A stretch of 63,032 nt of DNA, the filler included, from Nemertoderma westbladi (taxonomy: Eukaryota; Animalia; Xenacoelomorpha), in NCBI GenBank assembly GCA_032718475.1. It is 4 parts of 4 records of this genome, joined end to end, with 100 filler letters (N's around TTAATTAATTAA, not from the genome) between each part and the next. Parts side by side here need not be neighbours in the genome. Positions count along the whole stretch, not along the records: positions 20,895 to 50,319 come from JAUCBJ010009027.1; 3 more parts are not named here. One strand, 5' to 3'. Positions 37,016-48,384 of the stretch are shown in pieces. Position 1 is the first letter of the stretch, and each line of letters begins with the position of its first letter. The notes beneath the pieces were generated by a model, which worked only from the letters and a program-made list of their open reading frames with translations, searched no databases and was not told the DNA's origin. Position numbers and translations under genes: made by a program.

Positions 37016-40000
37016 TCAGTAAGTCAACGGGTTTTGTAATAGCCCCCCCTTACAGAGTTCTTCTATCACTGACTTAGCCATACTTAAGGTGCCTCCGTAA
37101 ATCGAAGTTAAGCGATCGTACGCTAATTCGAAGGCGTCTGGTACACCGACAAAAGTCTCCGCTAGACGTTTCGGTTCTCCCGTCAGAGTTTGTAGCAGGT
37201 AGTTAAACTTTTCTCTCGATGTGAAGGCGCACGCCGCAATTTGTGATTCGATGTAATCCACAAACGTGTGCCAATGTTTGGAGTTACCGGAAAACTTAGG
37301 TGGTTGTTGCACCGGTAGTCCTTGTCTAGCTGCGAATTTTGCTATTTCCTCGGCTATGTTCAAAGTTTCGCATCCTTGGTTGGCAATCGAGTTGATGTTC
37401 TCTCGTCTTGACACTTTCCTTTGATACGAGGTGTTTCTTGAAGGTATCGGTTTTTGCTGAATGTTCTGGTTTCTATTGTGTTCGAATTCGGTATTTCTCG
37501 AACTATCAGTTTGAACTTCCTCTAAACGTTCTTCAATCTGGGCCAACTTGTTGACAACTGGGCGCATTATTTCGGCAAATTGTTGCGTGCTAATCGCGTC
37601 TGTTGGTTGTAACGCTTTCTGTGTTGGTGTATTTCGTGGAGGATTATCGATAAAGGAATTATCTGAACGCTCACGTTTACATTCGTCAGCCGCTCCTGTT
37701 CTAAATACCTTGCGTTCCGGGTAATCCGATTCACTTGAAGTACTACTGTCACCTGGATATGGTGGCTGACGTGCTCGCGTCCGTTGTGTCGTCCGAATCC
37801 TAACATTCCGTTTTGAAACATCATCTACTGATTTCCGTCGTTCGGTAGGCTTGCAGGTCTTCCCCGAAGTCGTAGAATGCGATGTAAACTGGTTAAGCGG
37901 TCGCGTATCCACTGGTCTCCGTTGTTCGGTAGGCTCACAAGTCTTCCTCGAAGTCGTAGAATGCGATGTAAACTGGTTAAGCGGTGCGTATTCACTGGTC
38001 TCCGTTGTTCGGTAGGCTCACAAGTCTTCCTCGAAGTCGTAGAATGCGATGTAAACTGGTTAAGCGGTCGCGTATCCACTGGTCTCCGTTGTTCGGTAGG
38101 CTCACAAATCTTCCACGAAGTCGTAGATTGCGATGTAAACTGATTAAACAGTCGCGTGTCAACTGGTCTCCGTTGTTCGGTAGGCTCACAAGTCTTCCTC
38201 GAAGTCGTAGATTGCGATGTAAACTGAGCCGGTAGTCGCGTGATAGCATTTGAATCAACAGGCGTTGTAGGCCGAAATACCATTGGGTATGCGTAGTGCG
38301 TGACAGGTTTTGGTGTCGAAGGTTGACTCACCTGGTTAGTCGTCAGTAATGCAGGTCCAGTCAATAAACTACTACGATCTGTAATTGGTGGGTTACTTAC
38401 CTTGACTTTCAGAATAGGCGACAACGTTGCTCTTGGCGGTATAAACTTGTCCGGAATAACATACCTGTGTTCCGTCGCATTGCGTATAGGAGATATACTG
38501 CTACTACCCGCAATCGAAACAGGTTCCTTAGTCGTAATTGGTACAAACATGGGAGTTACTTGTGGGAATCGTTGACATAGGTCTTTAACTAATTGTCGTT
38601 CTCGTTCAGGTGCTCCTACACTTCCTTCCTTCATTCGTTCCTGAATTTGGCGGTGCCTTACCTCTATCCGGTCTAAATCGTGTCCGTCTCGAGATCTCAT
38701 CGATCGATCGCGGGCTTTAAGATCCAGATCTTCCTTGGTGTTCGCTAATTCTCTTGCCTTCCTTTCAAGTTCGAAATGAAGTTTAGCTTCCTTTTCCCGT
38801 TGTTCCGTCTGTTGTTGTTGCGCCTCGAACTCCGCTAGTCGTATAGCTGATTGAGCCTTTATCTGACGTTTTCTCAACTCGGCTCGGGCTTCCGAAACTC
38901 GCCTTTGTTCGTCCAACTCTGCTGCTTCCGCTTGTTGTTCCAACTCAGCCGCTGCCACTGCCGCTGCTGCTTGTCGTTCCAATTCAGCTGCTGCCGCTTG
39001 TTGCGCTAACTCTGCTGCCGCTGTTCGTTGTGCTATTTCTAGCTCTAACCTTTCCATTTTGGCTGCTTCCAATTTGGCTGCTTCTTGTAGATGAGAGATT
39101 CTCACAACATTTGCGACGCGTAGTTTCTCTTCCTCTACGGCTGCTTGTACAGTTAACAATTGAGTTTGTTCTTCAATTACTTGTTGTTGTCTTTGGTACT
39201 GTTGTTGCTGTCGAGAAATTTCTGACGTTACTATACTTACTTCGCCAATTTCGCTGTGAATGCTCACTAATGATTGATCTAGTATCCCTGGTGCCGGTTC
39301 GATTTGTGCGAGTGAAGTTTCCCTCGTAGCTTCCGGCACGGTTTCCCAATCTCCAACGTCTTCGCCGCACATGCGTAAGTGATCCGTCAGATGTTGTAAT
39401 TGTCCATCCAGTCTGTACAGTTCTTGTTCTTCCTCGGGTTGCAATAATTTGTCGGAAACTGACTCACCTAGTAACTGATCCGCTTGCTCCTGTTGTATCT
39501 GCCTAACGGTCGTCTTAAACTGAATTAGTTTCTCTCTCGCGATCATTAATTTCTCGAGGATTCTTAGTTGAGTGTCCATGTCCTGTCTCTGTCTAGCTAG
39601 ATCTTGTAGACTGATAAGGTTATCTACGGACTTATGTACTTTACTTTGTACTCTAACCTGTAGGGTGTAGAACTCAAACCGAGACATCGGAGCGGTCAAC
39701 TCATCTAATATGCGTTGGCCTTCTCCAATACTCCTGGTAATGTGCGCCATGTATCCTCTGACGCTTCTAACAACGCTCTCTTAGCTCCTTACTGAACTTA
39801 CCATGTCCGTTTCCCTGTGTCTAGGTTGCGGAACAGTTAGAAAATCCTCGGTCCTGCCGTCGCCTCGTACTACGGCATCCGGTACTCCCGTTGGATGTAC
39901 TGGTGACGCACACGGTGTAGGTTCGGTAGGCTCGCGAGTCTTCCCCTGTGGTTCTTCCGCTACTGACTTATCCGCGTCACATGAGTCATAGTCGGTAGGT

Positions 40001-40032
40001 GTATTCTTCGTATAGTCTTGTTTGTCACTCAT
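37016..40032 (-). pseudogene. gag: BEL/Pao gag, N-terminal part (coiled-coil region, repeat region, DUF1759-like domain)
   Basis: 39781-40032 and 37825-39750 share a frame across one TAA. A 1-nt deletion in one 84-bp repeat unit shifts to 37016-37912, which contains PPKFSGNSKHWHTF..EKFNYLLQTLTGEP. Confidence 0.8.
37830..38227. repeat. 84-bp tandem repeat in gag (~4.5 copies)
   Basis: Encodes QFTSQSTTSRKTCEPTEQRRPVDTRPLN; one unit is 83 bp. Confidence 0.9.
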
Positions 40033-43000
40033 TTCGGTAGTTGTAAGTCAAGTACAATGTGAGTGTCAAAGTATCGAATTTACCGTATTTATTTATAAAT
40101 GGTACTAATTACAGTCATATAAAATTAGCCTACCGACCGATTTTATAGCAAATGGATAAAATTAGCCTAACGGCCAATTTTACAGCAAATAAATGTCACG
40201 GAAGAAGTATATAATAAAATTAGCCTATCGGCCAATTTTATAACAAATAAATCGGATAACGATATACGTTATCAAAATATAAATCAACACAAATAATTAC
40301 AGACTAATTCAGCAATAAACAAAGAAATCGTACGGAATGCATAAATACTTGAGACAGTGGAACCCGCAATAATTTTAACTAATACGGTAATGCCTAACTG
40401 ATTAATGCAACTTTTCGAACTTACCCACTCCAATAATTCTCCAGAAAAACAGATTCCCAGATACAGACCGGACGTGAACCTTTCTGTTTCCAGCATTGCG
40501 GACGAAGTGCGATTTTCCCAACCAAAATTGTTGAGTTATCTATCTCCCAAACTCGCGAAACACGGTCTTGCTCCCGTTACAGTCTAGAAATGAGCTCTGA
40601 ATCCTGAAAAACAAAAGAGTTTGGTTTTACTTTTACGAAAATTTTGTACCGGTACAATATGGTATTTAAACCCTTTTTAAACACCAGTATTCAATTCCAA
40701 ATTATTTTTACACACGGTTCAAATTTAAAATTTTGTCAAAATATTAGCACTTAGCTAATCAAATACAAATTTTTACCTTAAAATACAAAATTTTCAAATA
40801 ATTTTGTTCTACTGAACTATAGTTCAGTAAATCATATTCCTACTATATGAAGAGACAGTAACAAATTATACCGCAATATCTTACTGTAAAGTTTGTGAAT
40901 CAAGCATAATCCAACCTTCTCACCAAAACAGTAAACTCTAAGTAAGCGAACCTATTGCAGTATTGGTCTCCTTTAACCGGTGAGGCAGAAGACAGTCTAC
41001 GAACGGACAAACTTCGATAAAACAAAATCCCGCGCAGCGAATCCTAACAATCGTGCTGACTCACTGACGGACTAAGGGTGCTCGTATACTTTGCCGTGGT
41101 GTGATTTATATGGGTTGAGAGAGACTCTAGCTACAAATATAACTAGCGGGCAAAGCCGCAGTACGAACAAACTATTTTATATATTTTGAGGTGTAAATAA
41201 TTCCTAAACGCTTGTATTTCTTAATTAATAGGTCAAAATTGGTTTTATCCTTCATATAATCTCATTTACTGGGTCCGGCGTTTATTTTACAAATATTCTA
41301 ATATTTTGGTAACTTGTAAGTCCAATACTTACAAATGACAAGGCTCCTTCCCCTTTTGTGTATTTCCAGGACTCAAATTCAGGCATAAGGTTAATGCTAC
41401 GCCCAGAATTCGGCAATTTTATTTACCAGGTCCTTAATACTAAGAAAAAATGTGTTAGTTTACTACTGTAGGCATACAGTTACAAATAGCTATCCTGGCT
41501 CTTATCTAGAATTTTAGTCACCTAGGTAGGCTGGGTAACTTCCTATCAGGACGTTGGCGGGGACACGGTAGGTGTTAGTATCCCTAATAGTCTTAATTTA
41601 TTTTCGCCTAGTGGTAAACTGCCCTACCGCCTGAACGGTATAATCTCAATTCAGGGAAAACACAGCAACCCTCTCCTGGCCTACAAGTTCCAACGCAAGC
41701 AATAAACACCGTGTACTGCCGACAAGCCACCAACGCACCTATAACTGGCAATGAGTTAGGCGTACAGTTTGCTGCACCCTACCAATGTACATGCCGTGTA
41801 ATGGTGTGCCTGTGTCTTATCTGTGTACGTGTATCTCTGCCTAACCTTTCTCTCCCCCCGTAGGAATATGAAGGGGTTCTGCTGGTTTTCAATGAAGTAA
41901 GGTAATACAGTTCCTAAATTTAAATTTTTGGTGTACAGTGTGTCGCTACTCTTACCGTCGATCTTAGGTCTTACACTTAGGTAGCAAAGCATCGAACACT
42001 GTCTAACCTTTCAGGCGATGGGCGAATAACTACGAATCGATATTGTGGGCGGTCTCCTGTTCACATTCCCCCGATGTTCCCGTTTACTGCCGTGGCCCGA
42101 TGTCTAGCCGGCCATCCTGTTCTTTAGTGGTGTTCACCGTAGTGAAACATAGTTCACCGTAGTACCCATGCGTATCGCACGTGTCTAGCATGCGATTCTC
42201 TTCAGTGTAGAATAAACCAATGGCCATATATGACCAAATAAATTAACCCTATCTGGTCCGGTCTATTTTACTACTCAATTGGCCCAGGGGGGGGGGGGGC
42301 AGAGGGGGGTCATTTTAGACATTTGTTTATATCTTGGCTCAAAAATTATAATTTCAATGGTTTAAAGGTTTTCGAGGTCGCTGTTTACGATAAAACTTGT
42401 TAAAAAAATATTCTGGCAATGCAACCATCATTTTTAGTGCCATCTGGTGCTCCAGAATGAAAAGTACAAAGTAGCAAAAATTTCAAACTGTTAAATTTTG
42501 CCTTTGGTTTGATAAGTCTAAAGCTATATAGTGGTTTTCAAGGTCGCTGATCATGATACAACTCGTTAAAATCATTCGTGGGAATATGAATGCTACTATG
42601 ATCGTAGGTGCTTGTCTGCTCTGGGACGAAAAATACAAGTAGCATAAAATTTTAAACGACAAAAATCTAATTTGGTCGGATAATATGATATTGAGTGGCA
42701 TATATGTGATCTACAGTAGCATCCTAAAAAACACCTATGTCATAAAATCAGGTTGATATTTGGTAATGATTTTGGAATATCAAATTTGTGCTACTTGTAT
42801 TTTTCGTGCTGCACATTGACACATATCCAAAAATGCCGTAATTAACAAGGTACGATATTTTTTAGTGTCATATTCGTGATCATGGATCAGCATCCCGAAA
42901 AACTCAAGGTGAAAATCAATTTGATTTCGTGGTGATATTTAATTAGGGCCTATCATATTTTATTATCATAATTGAAAGACATTGTCGGACAATGTCAGAG

Positions 43001-44474
43001 AAAGTGAATGGCAAACACTGTCGGACAATATAACACAAGTGGTTCGAGTAAATTACGGCGAATAAAGATACAAAAGAAAAACAAAGAAAGAAAAGATACA
43101 AGAAACGTTAAAGATATATTCTTTGATGTAATAACTTCAACGATAAACTATTACTATACATAATGTAATTTTTCTAGAATAAAAAGAACATTTCCAGTAA
43201 ACAGAAAACATTGCCGATAAAGTTTTTACATTTATTAAAAATTCAATTTCATAGATAAAAATAATGAATCTATAAACAATGCAGGAGTGGGAAATAATCT
43301 GCGCTATAATAACTTTTAAGAAACGAGAATAAAGACACAGATATAAAAAAGAACAATAATACCTCGTAATGGACATTGTAAGAACGTAGGCCATATTTTT
43401 TATAATTTATTTACTCCAACATTAATAAGCGCGAAATTTATAACATGGAAACGTAGACATAATCGCCTCAACCATTAAGCAATGGAATGTCAGTGATTTA
43501 GAATCCCATCCCTCGGTGCCAGCGCCCCCACATAGCGCCGCCAACCCATCCATCCATTGGTTGAGATCGGTATCGTCCTTAGCAACGAACAACCACTCAG
43601 GGCCGCCTTTTTAACATTTAAAGTTTATTTAACATATTAACAATCTTAATGATATTATTTCATACAATAAGCAGGACAAAATAATCTCCACTCCAGTTAA
43701 AGTTTAACGGTATATACTATATATCCATCCATCTTACTCATCGCTGTCGCTATCAAGTATTATTAGTTGCATGGCCAATGGAATTTGGTCCTGGAAATGG
43801 CAGACGTAAAGATAACGTTGATTTACCACGTCTGTGTTGATGGTTCTCTTCACACGATAACAGCAAGGGTGGACCAATCAACTGATAGCTCCTGAAATGA
43901 GGTCGTCGATTACTCCGGATATCCTGGGTTTGAATTTCCTTCCGGAGTTGTTTTAATGAATAACCATTAGCTTTGATGTCTCGACATAATAATTTAGTAA
44001 GGAAATTTAGTAAGGAAGGTATAGAAGTTATTGTCAATCATATTATTACTATGTATTATAATTTCAGCTCTATAATATTCACCACCACCATATTTTACTT
44101 CATCTCTCTAAGGCAACCGCCCATGCCATATTGCTTTGTCATGCCGACAATATACAATTGCGTGTGTAATATCCATATCAATTGTTTAGAACATTTAGAA
44201 CATCTATTTGAGATATTGCTGTTTTAATCCGTGAATAATAATCGGGTATAATAATAATCGCATAATAATACAGTAATACAGTAATAATAAAGAATAGGGC
44301 CTAGCGTACATCAGATGTCATGATATATGATGCCTTGGGCTGAATTTTGAATAATAGAGAAGCTATTGAACCCCTAACCCTACAGTACCGGTAGGTATAT
44401 TAAACAGCCTCTGCCTTTAAACATCCTCTGCCTATTGCTATAATAATAGGCTGATAATAGAACCCTAACAGCCT

Positions 44475-47400
44475 GAGAGAGGGCTGTTGCGCTGTCAGTC
44501 AGAGAGGTAACAGCCCTTGGGGTAAGGATTTACCTCTGGGACCTGTATTAGGCAAAATAGCAGTAGCTGTGTAGGCCCACCAGTACTGTGCACGGTACAA
44601 GACCCAAAATTTAGCCTACATCTGTAAATAATACACGGTTTCGCGGTACAAGACCATATAAATTAGACCACCATCTGTAAAATGCTCGCCTGAGTTCAGG
44701 ACTTGCACAGATGTCAGGATGTGCTGATTCTATATCATCCACTAACGGATTCTGGTAGCCTGGAACTAGACTAGACCACTACAAAAACTGATGCGACAGA
44801 GCGAGGTGCCATTAGCCTAACATTTCTCGGAGGCTGGTCCGATAACACTCAACTCATTGTTTGGTTGGACATTGACATTATTGCATTACAGTGTACATTA
44901 TTACATACTGATTAGTATGGATTGAGAAATTGGATATATTTGGACGTCAATGGATGGATAGGTTTGGTTTGAGAAACTAATATCACGTAGGCCTACCTTA
45001 TCATATATTTGTGATAATTATTACTAGATCAACTGGCCCCCAGCCATCTTCAACAAACCATCATTGCCGGGGGGCACTCAGCTGAGGGGGCTGGGGGTGG
45101 AGCGCATTAAAAACCGCGACCTAATGGACCAGGGCCATTTCTTTCACTCCGTTGCTTTGAGACCTTTGGCCGCCCTGGTCCAGAGACATCACCTTCCCCC
45201 GGGAGATCGGGGCTCATCTCCACAGTGCCACCCACGAACCGCATTTTGGTTGGTAATGCAGCCTCAGTCATGCGGACAGCAACCACACCGACCATCGGTC
45301 TATTCGGGGACTGAAGAGCCGAAACTGTCGAAATGGTTGCCAATGGAGTCACCAACGGGATGACGGCCGAAGATATTCAATACTCTATCTTATGCAATCT
45401 CAAATATTCAATTCGGTACTGTACCTTCAATTCAATCTTATTATTATTTCTGTGCTCGTTATTTAATAATGTGATTAGATAAAAAAATAAATTAATGAAA
45501 TAGAATTCATCTGTTAATTATTACAAAAAAAAATCCAAAATTATATTAACATTTATATAGTTTTGAATTAAATGTTTCGAAATCAATACAGCAGTGTCAT
45601 ATATCGCGTATCCCTTGGTTTAATCACTATTCTTTATTCAAGTAAAACTGAATGAATCCTTCACCCTCCACTGATAATTTAAAATCGTAACTCATTCAAT
45701 CTTTGACTAAATTATACCAAACTTGGTAAACATTAGAGTTGAAACATAGACTTGTCACTGATCTCTGGATTCTCCGGGCTATTTTTTGGTCTCCTGATAG
45801 GTCTCTGGTTCCCGGGTATTGAAAACAGACATTTTACCCAGAGATAAGTGATTTTAGAAATTATAAATAGATATTTAAAAATAGATCCTGTACAACACAA
45901 AATGTGAAATTAAGATTTTTTTTCACTAATTTTTTACTATTTACTCCGCTTCAACAAAATTATATATTCACTTTTACACTGTTTTTAATCTAACTCTAAA
46001 TCTGACTCAAACTAAATGTACCGATAATCTTCTATTTAATTTAAGGTTCGTTTAATTTTAAGTTAAATTAGCACCTAAAGATGGTTCCTATTTAAGGATA
46101 AGGGCGCTTCATTTGAGCACCCATAATGTTTAAAAGTTAAAGAAAGGGCTGATCTCCATTTAATTTGTTATAATAGATAATATGAAGACCAAATGGAGAG
46201 AACGAGCATAACGAGGCTTGTAAATGGGGCGAGTAGAATACCATACCTGTGCACTGTATTCGTAATTTACTAAGTTTATTTTATAGTACATTGAATGAAA
46301 TGTATATGATTTGAACAATAATTGTAAAATAAGTGCCTTTAATTAACAAAGTACCGGTACCTATGGCGCAAAACAAATTTATGTGACATATTATTATTAA
46401 CAATAACAAAATAAGAACGAATTAATAAACAAATAACCAAATTAATATTAATTAAGTCCCCCAAACTGTGCGTGCGCTTATTTTCTTCCAATGGGTCAGG
46501 GTTGACATGGGTTGGATGTACTGTAATTCAACCATATAAAAATAGTTATCAGTCCATATGTACCTGTTTGTGCTTTATGGGACTAATCAAAATGTAAGTA
46601 CAAAAATAAGCAAAGTCTCTGATCTCCGGCTCTGGTCTCCGGTATTTTTCAAAATAATTCTCCGGGTAGGTCTCTGGTTCACCGGGATTAAGAAAAACAG
46701 GTCTCTGTTGCAACTCTAGTAAACATGTAATCTTGTCTATCAGCTAAAATAAACAAAACTTGCTAAAATTTCCCCTATAATGTTTTTTCCTATAGAACAG
46801 GATGCAGTTTTATTTTAGTAGTAAACAAGCTGTTATTTGCGTCGATTTTCACCTGGAGAGGGAAGAATATTGATTGCCCCCCCCCCCCCCCCCCCCCCCC
46901 CTACCTGCAGTTAAGTGAAAATATTTCGGCACCATTTAATTTTATTATCACGGTCGCGCATCAAGTAGTCTGTCAAAAGATACAATTCATTATAAACATA
47001 ACAAAATTAATTATAATAATTCTAAAAATATAAGGCCGATTATCCTAAAGTTAGCTCTTTAGTCTTTAGCAATCTTATACATTGACAAGACTTATAAAAT
47101 AATTGATGTTGAATAATTATTATTAGGAATTCGAAGAAAGCAAATTGTATTGAGTTAGTATTGGCAAGTTAATCTCACAAACCAGTCTACGGTCTAGTCT
47201 AACTTTACAGTACCGGTAGCCTTGTTCGCATTGTTCCAGGTTTAGTTAGGCTTGGAACACAGACTCCGTGCCGTCTTCGTTCCAGGTTTAATACTGTAAT
47301 AGACTGTTATCCATCTCGATCGCTTCGCTATGCACCATCTTACTGGGTTTAATAAACTCCGTCGCCTTCCTGTCATTCTGTGTTTTGTACATTACCTCGC

Positions 47401-47879
47401 CATCGTCTGATCGCTTTGGTTGCTGGTTGCGTGTTTAATACTGTAATAGACTCCATCGCCATTGTCAGATTGTATCGTTATGGATTGAATAGACATTCCG
47501 TTGTCCATCGCGATCGTTTCATTGTTTACGTTTAATTGACTCCGTCGCCTCCTCATCGGATTAGGAATCCGGCCGGGTTTCGTAGATTCCGCCATCGTTC
47601 AGCAGTTCAGTGTTTTTAATCAAAGCCAGAATTCCGGCACGGGCACCACGATCAACGATTTCGGAAGTAACAGACCAGCAGACTCCGTCAACAACACTCG
47701 GGGTTTAAAAAATACAACTGAGGGCAACTTGTAACTGCAGAACTGGGCGATCATCTATCTGATAGTTGAAAAAGACTGTCTGACAGTTGGTATCAGACTA
47801 TCTGATAGTTAGCGCCCCATGTAAATCCTTACCCCATGGGCTGTTACCTCTCTGACTGACAGCGCAACAGCCCCTATAG
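44475..47879. mobile_element. Non-autonomous TIR element with 8-bp TSD, private to the right LTR
   Basis: TSD AACAGCCT (44467-44474, 47880-47887) and ~50-bp inverted repeats GGGCTGTTGCGCTGTCAGTCAGAGAGGTAACAGCCC.TGGGGTAAGGATTTAC. The empty site is at ~25942 in the left LTR. Confidence 0.85.
45734..46718. mobile_element. hAT-like MITE nested in 44475-47879
   Basis: Imperfect TIRs TAGAGTTG(A/C)AACA(T/G)AGAC and 8-bp TSD GTAAACAT (45726-45733, 46719-46726). Confidence 0.85.
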
Positions 47880-48384
47880 AACAGCCTAAGGCAGGTATAG
47901 CGTATAGATAGGCAGCGTCACTGAAAGTACAATTTATAGAATTTAAATTTCCCTCTACTACCAGAGAACTCAATATTCTTACTGGATTTTACACTTACCT
48001 TACCAGCTCCTTACCACGCCCCTTAACAAGCTACCACCGACCTTAGCACGCTACCACCGACCTTAGCTTTTACCACGCACCTTAGGCATTCCTACTCATG
48101 ACAGCATGAGCTACTGAACCACTTGAATAATCGTTGTACAATAGCTATAGTGAATGCAAATGAAGACTTAATGTAATCTTTATAACAAGTTTATTCGAAC
48201 AAAATAAAATTTTGAAAATCCACGGCTTTTATGAGGATATAATTCTATATACAGGTCGACGCATGTCGATTTTACCCTGGAGAGGTATAATTTTGATTAC
48301 AACAATAATATTCATCCCTATCTGCTACTGTACAATTTGAAGAAGACTATTACATAATAATACCTATAATTAAAACAATTAATT

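Larger units (their letters stand above)
20974..48249 (-). mobile_element. Giant BEL/Pao LTR retrotransposon (decayed) with multi-kb LTRs
   Basis: Direct repeats 20974-27549 and 40844-48249 flank Pao-type gag-pol, with 5-bp TSD TACAG (20969-20973, 48250-48254). The joined flanks restore GTAATGCTGAACACAGAATACAGGTCGACGCATG, seen uninterrupted at 26751. Confidence 0.85.
40844..48249 (-). repeat. 5' LTR of the BEL/Pao element (7406 bp including a 3.4-kb private insertion)
   Basis: Begins TATATGAAG and ends AATTCTATA on the plus strand; colinear with 20974-27549. Confidence 0.8.

Noticed and set aside
40964-40982. TGGTCTCCTTTAACCGG as a possible tRNA PBS
   Set aside because: It is on the wrong strand relative to gag-pol and lies inside both LTR copies rather than next to one.
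47230-47700. Degenerate repeats (TTTAATACTGTAATAGACT..) and the 67-aa ORF 47392-47595
   Set aside because: No recognisable domain; explained as subterminal repeats of the 44475-47879 element.
20974-48249. Interpretation as an ordinary tandem segmental duplication of host DNA
   Set aside because: Identical sharp ends, a 5-bp TSD with a reconstructable target, and gag-pol exactly between the repeats favour LTRs. It is not fully excluded, because the left-flank match is only ~23 nt and the PPT (TTGAGCGG) is weak.
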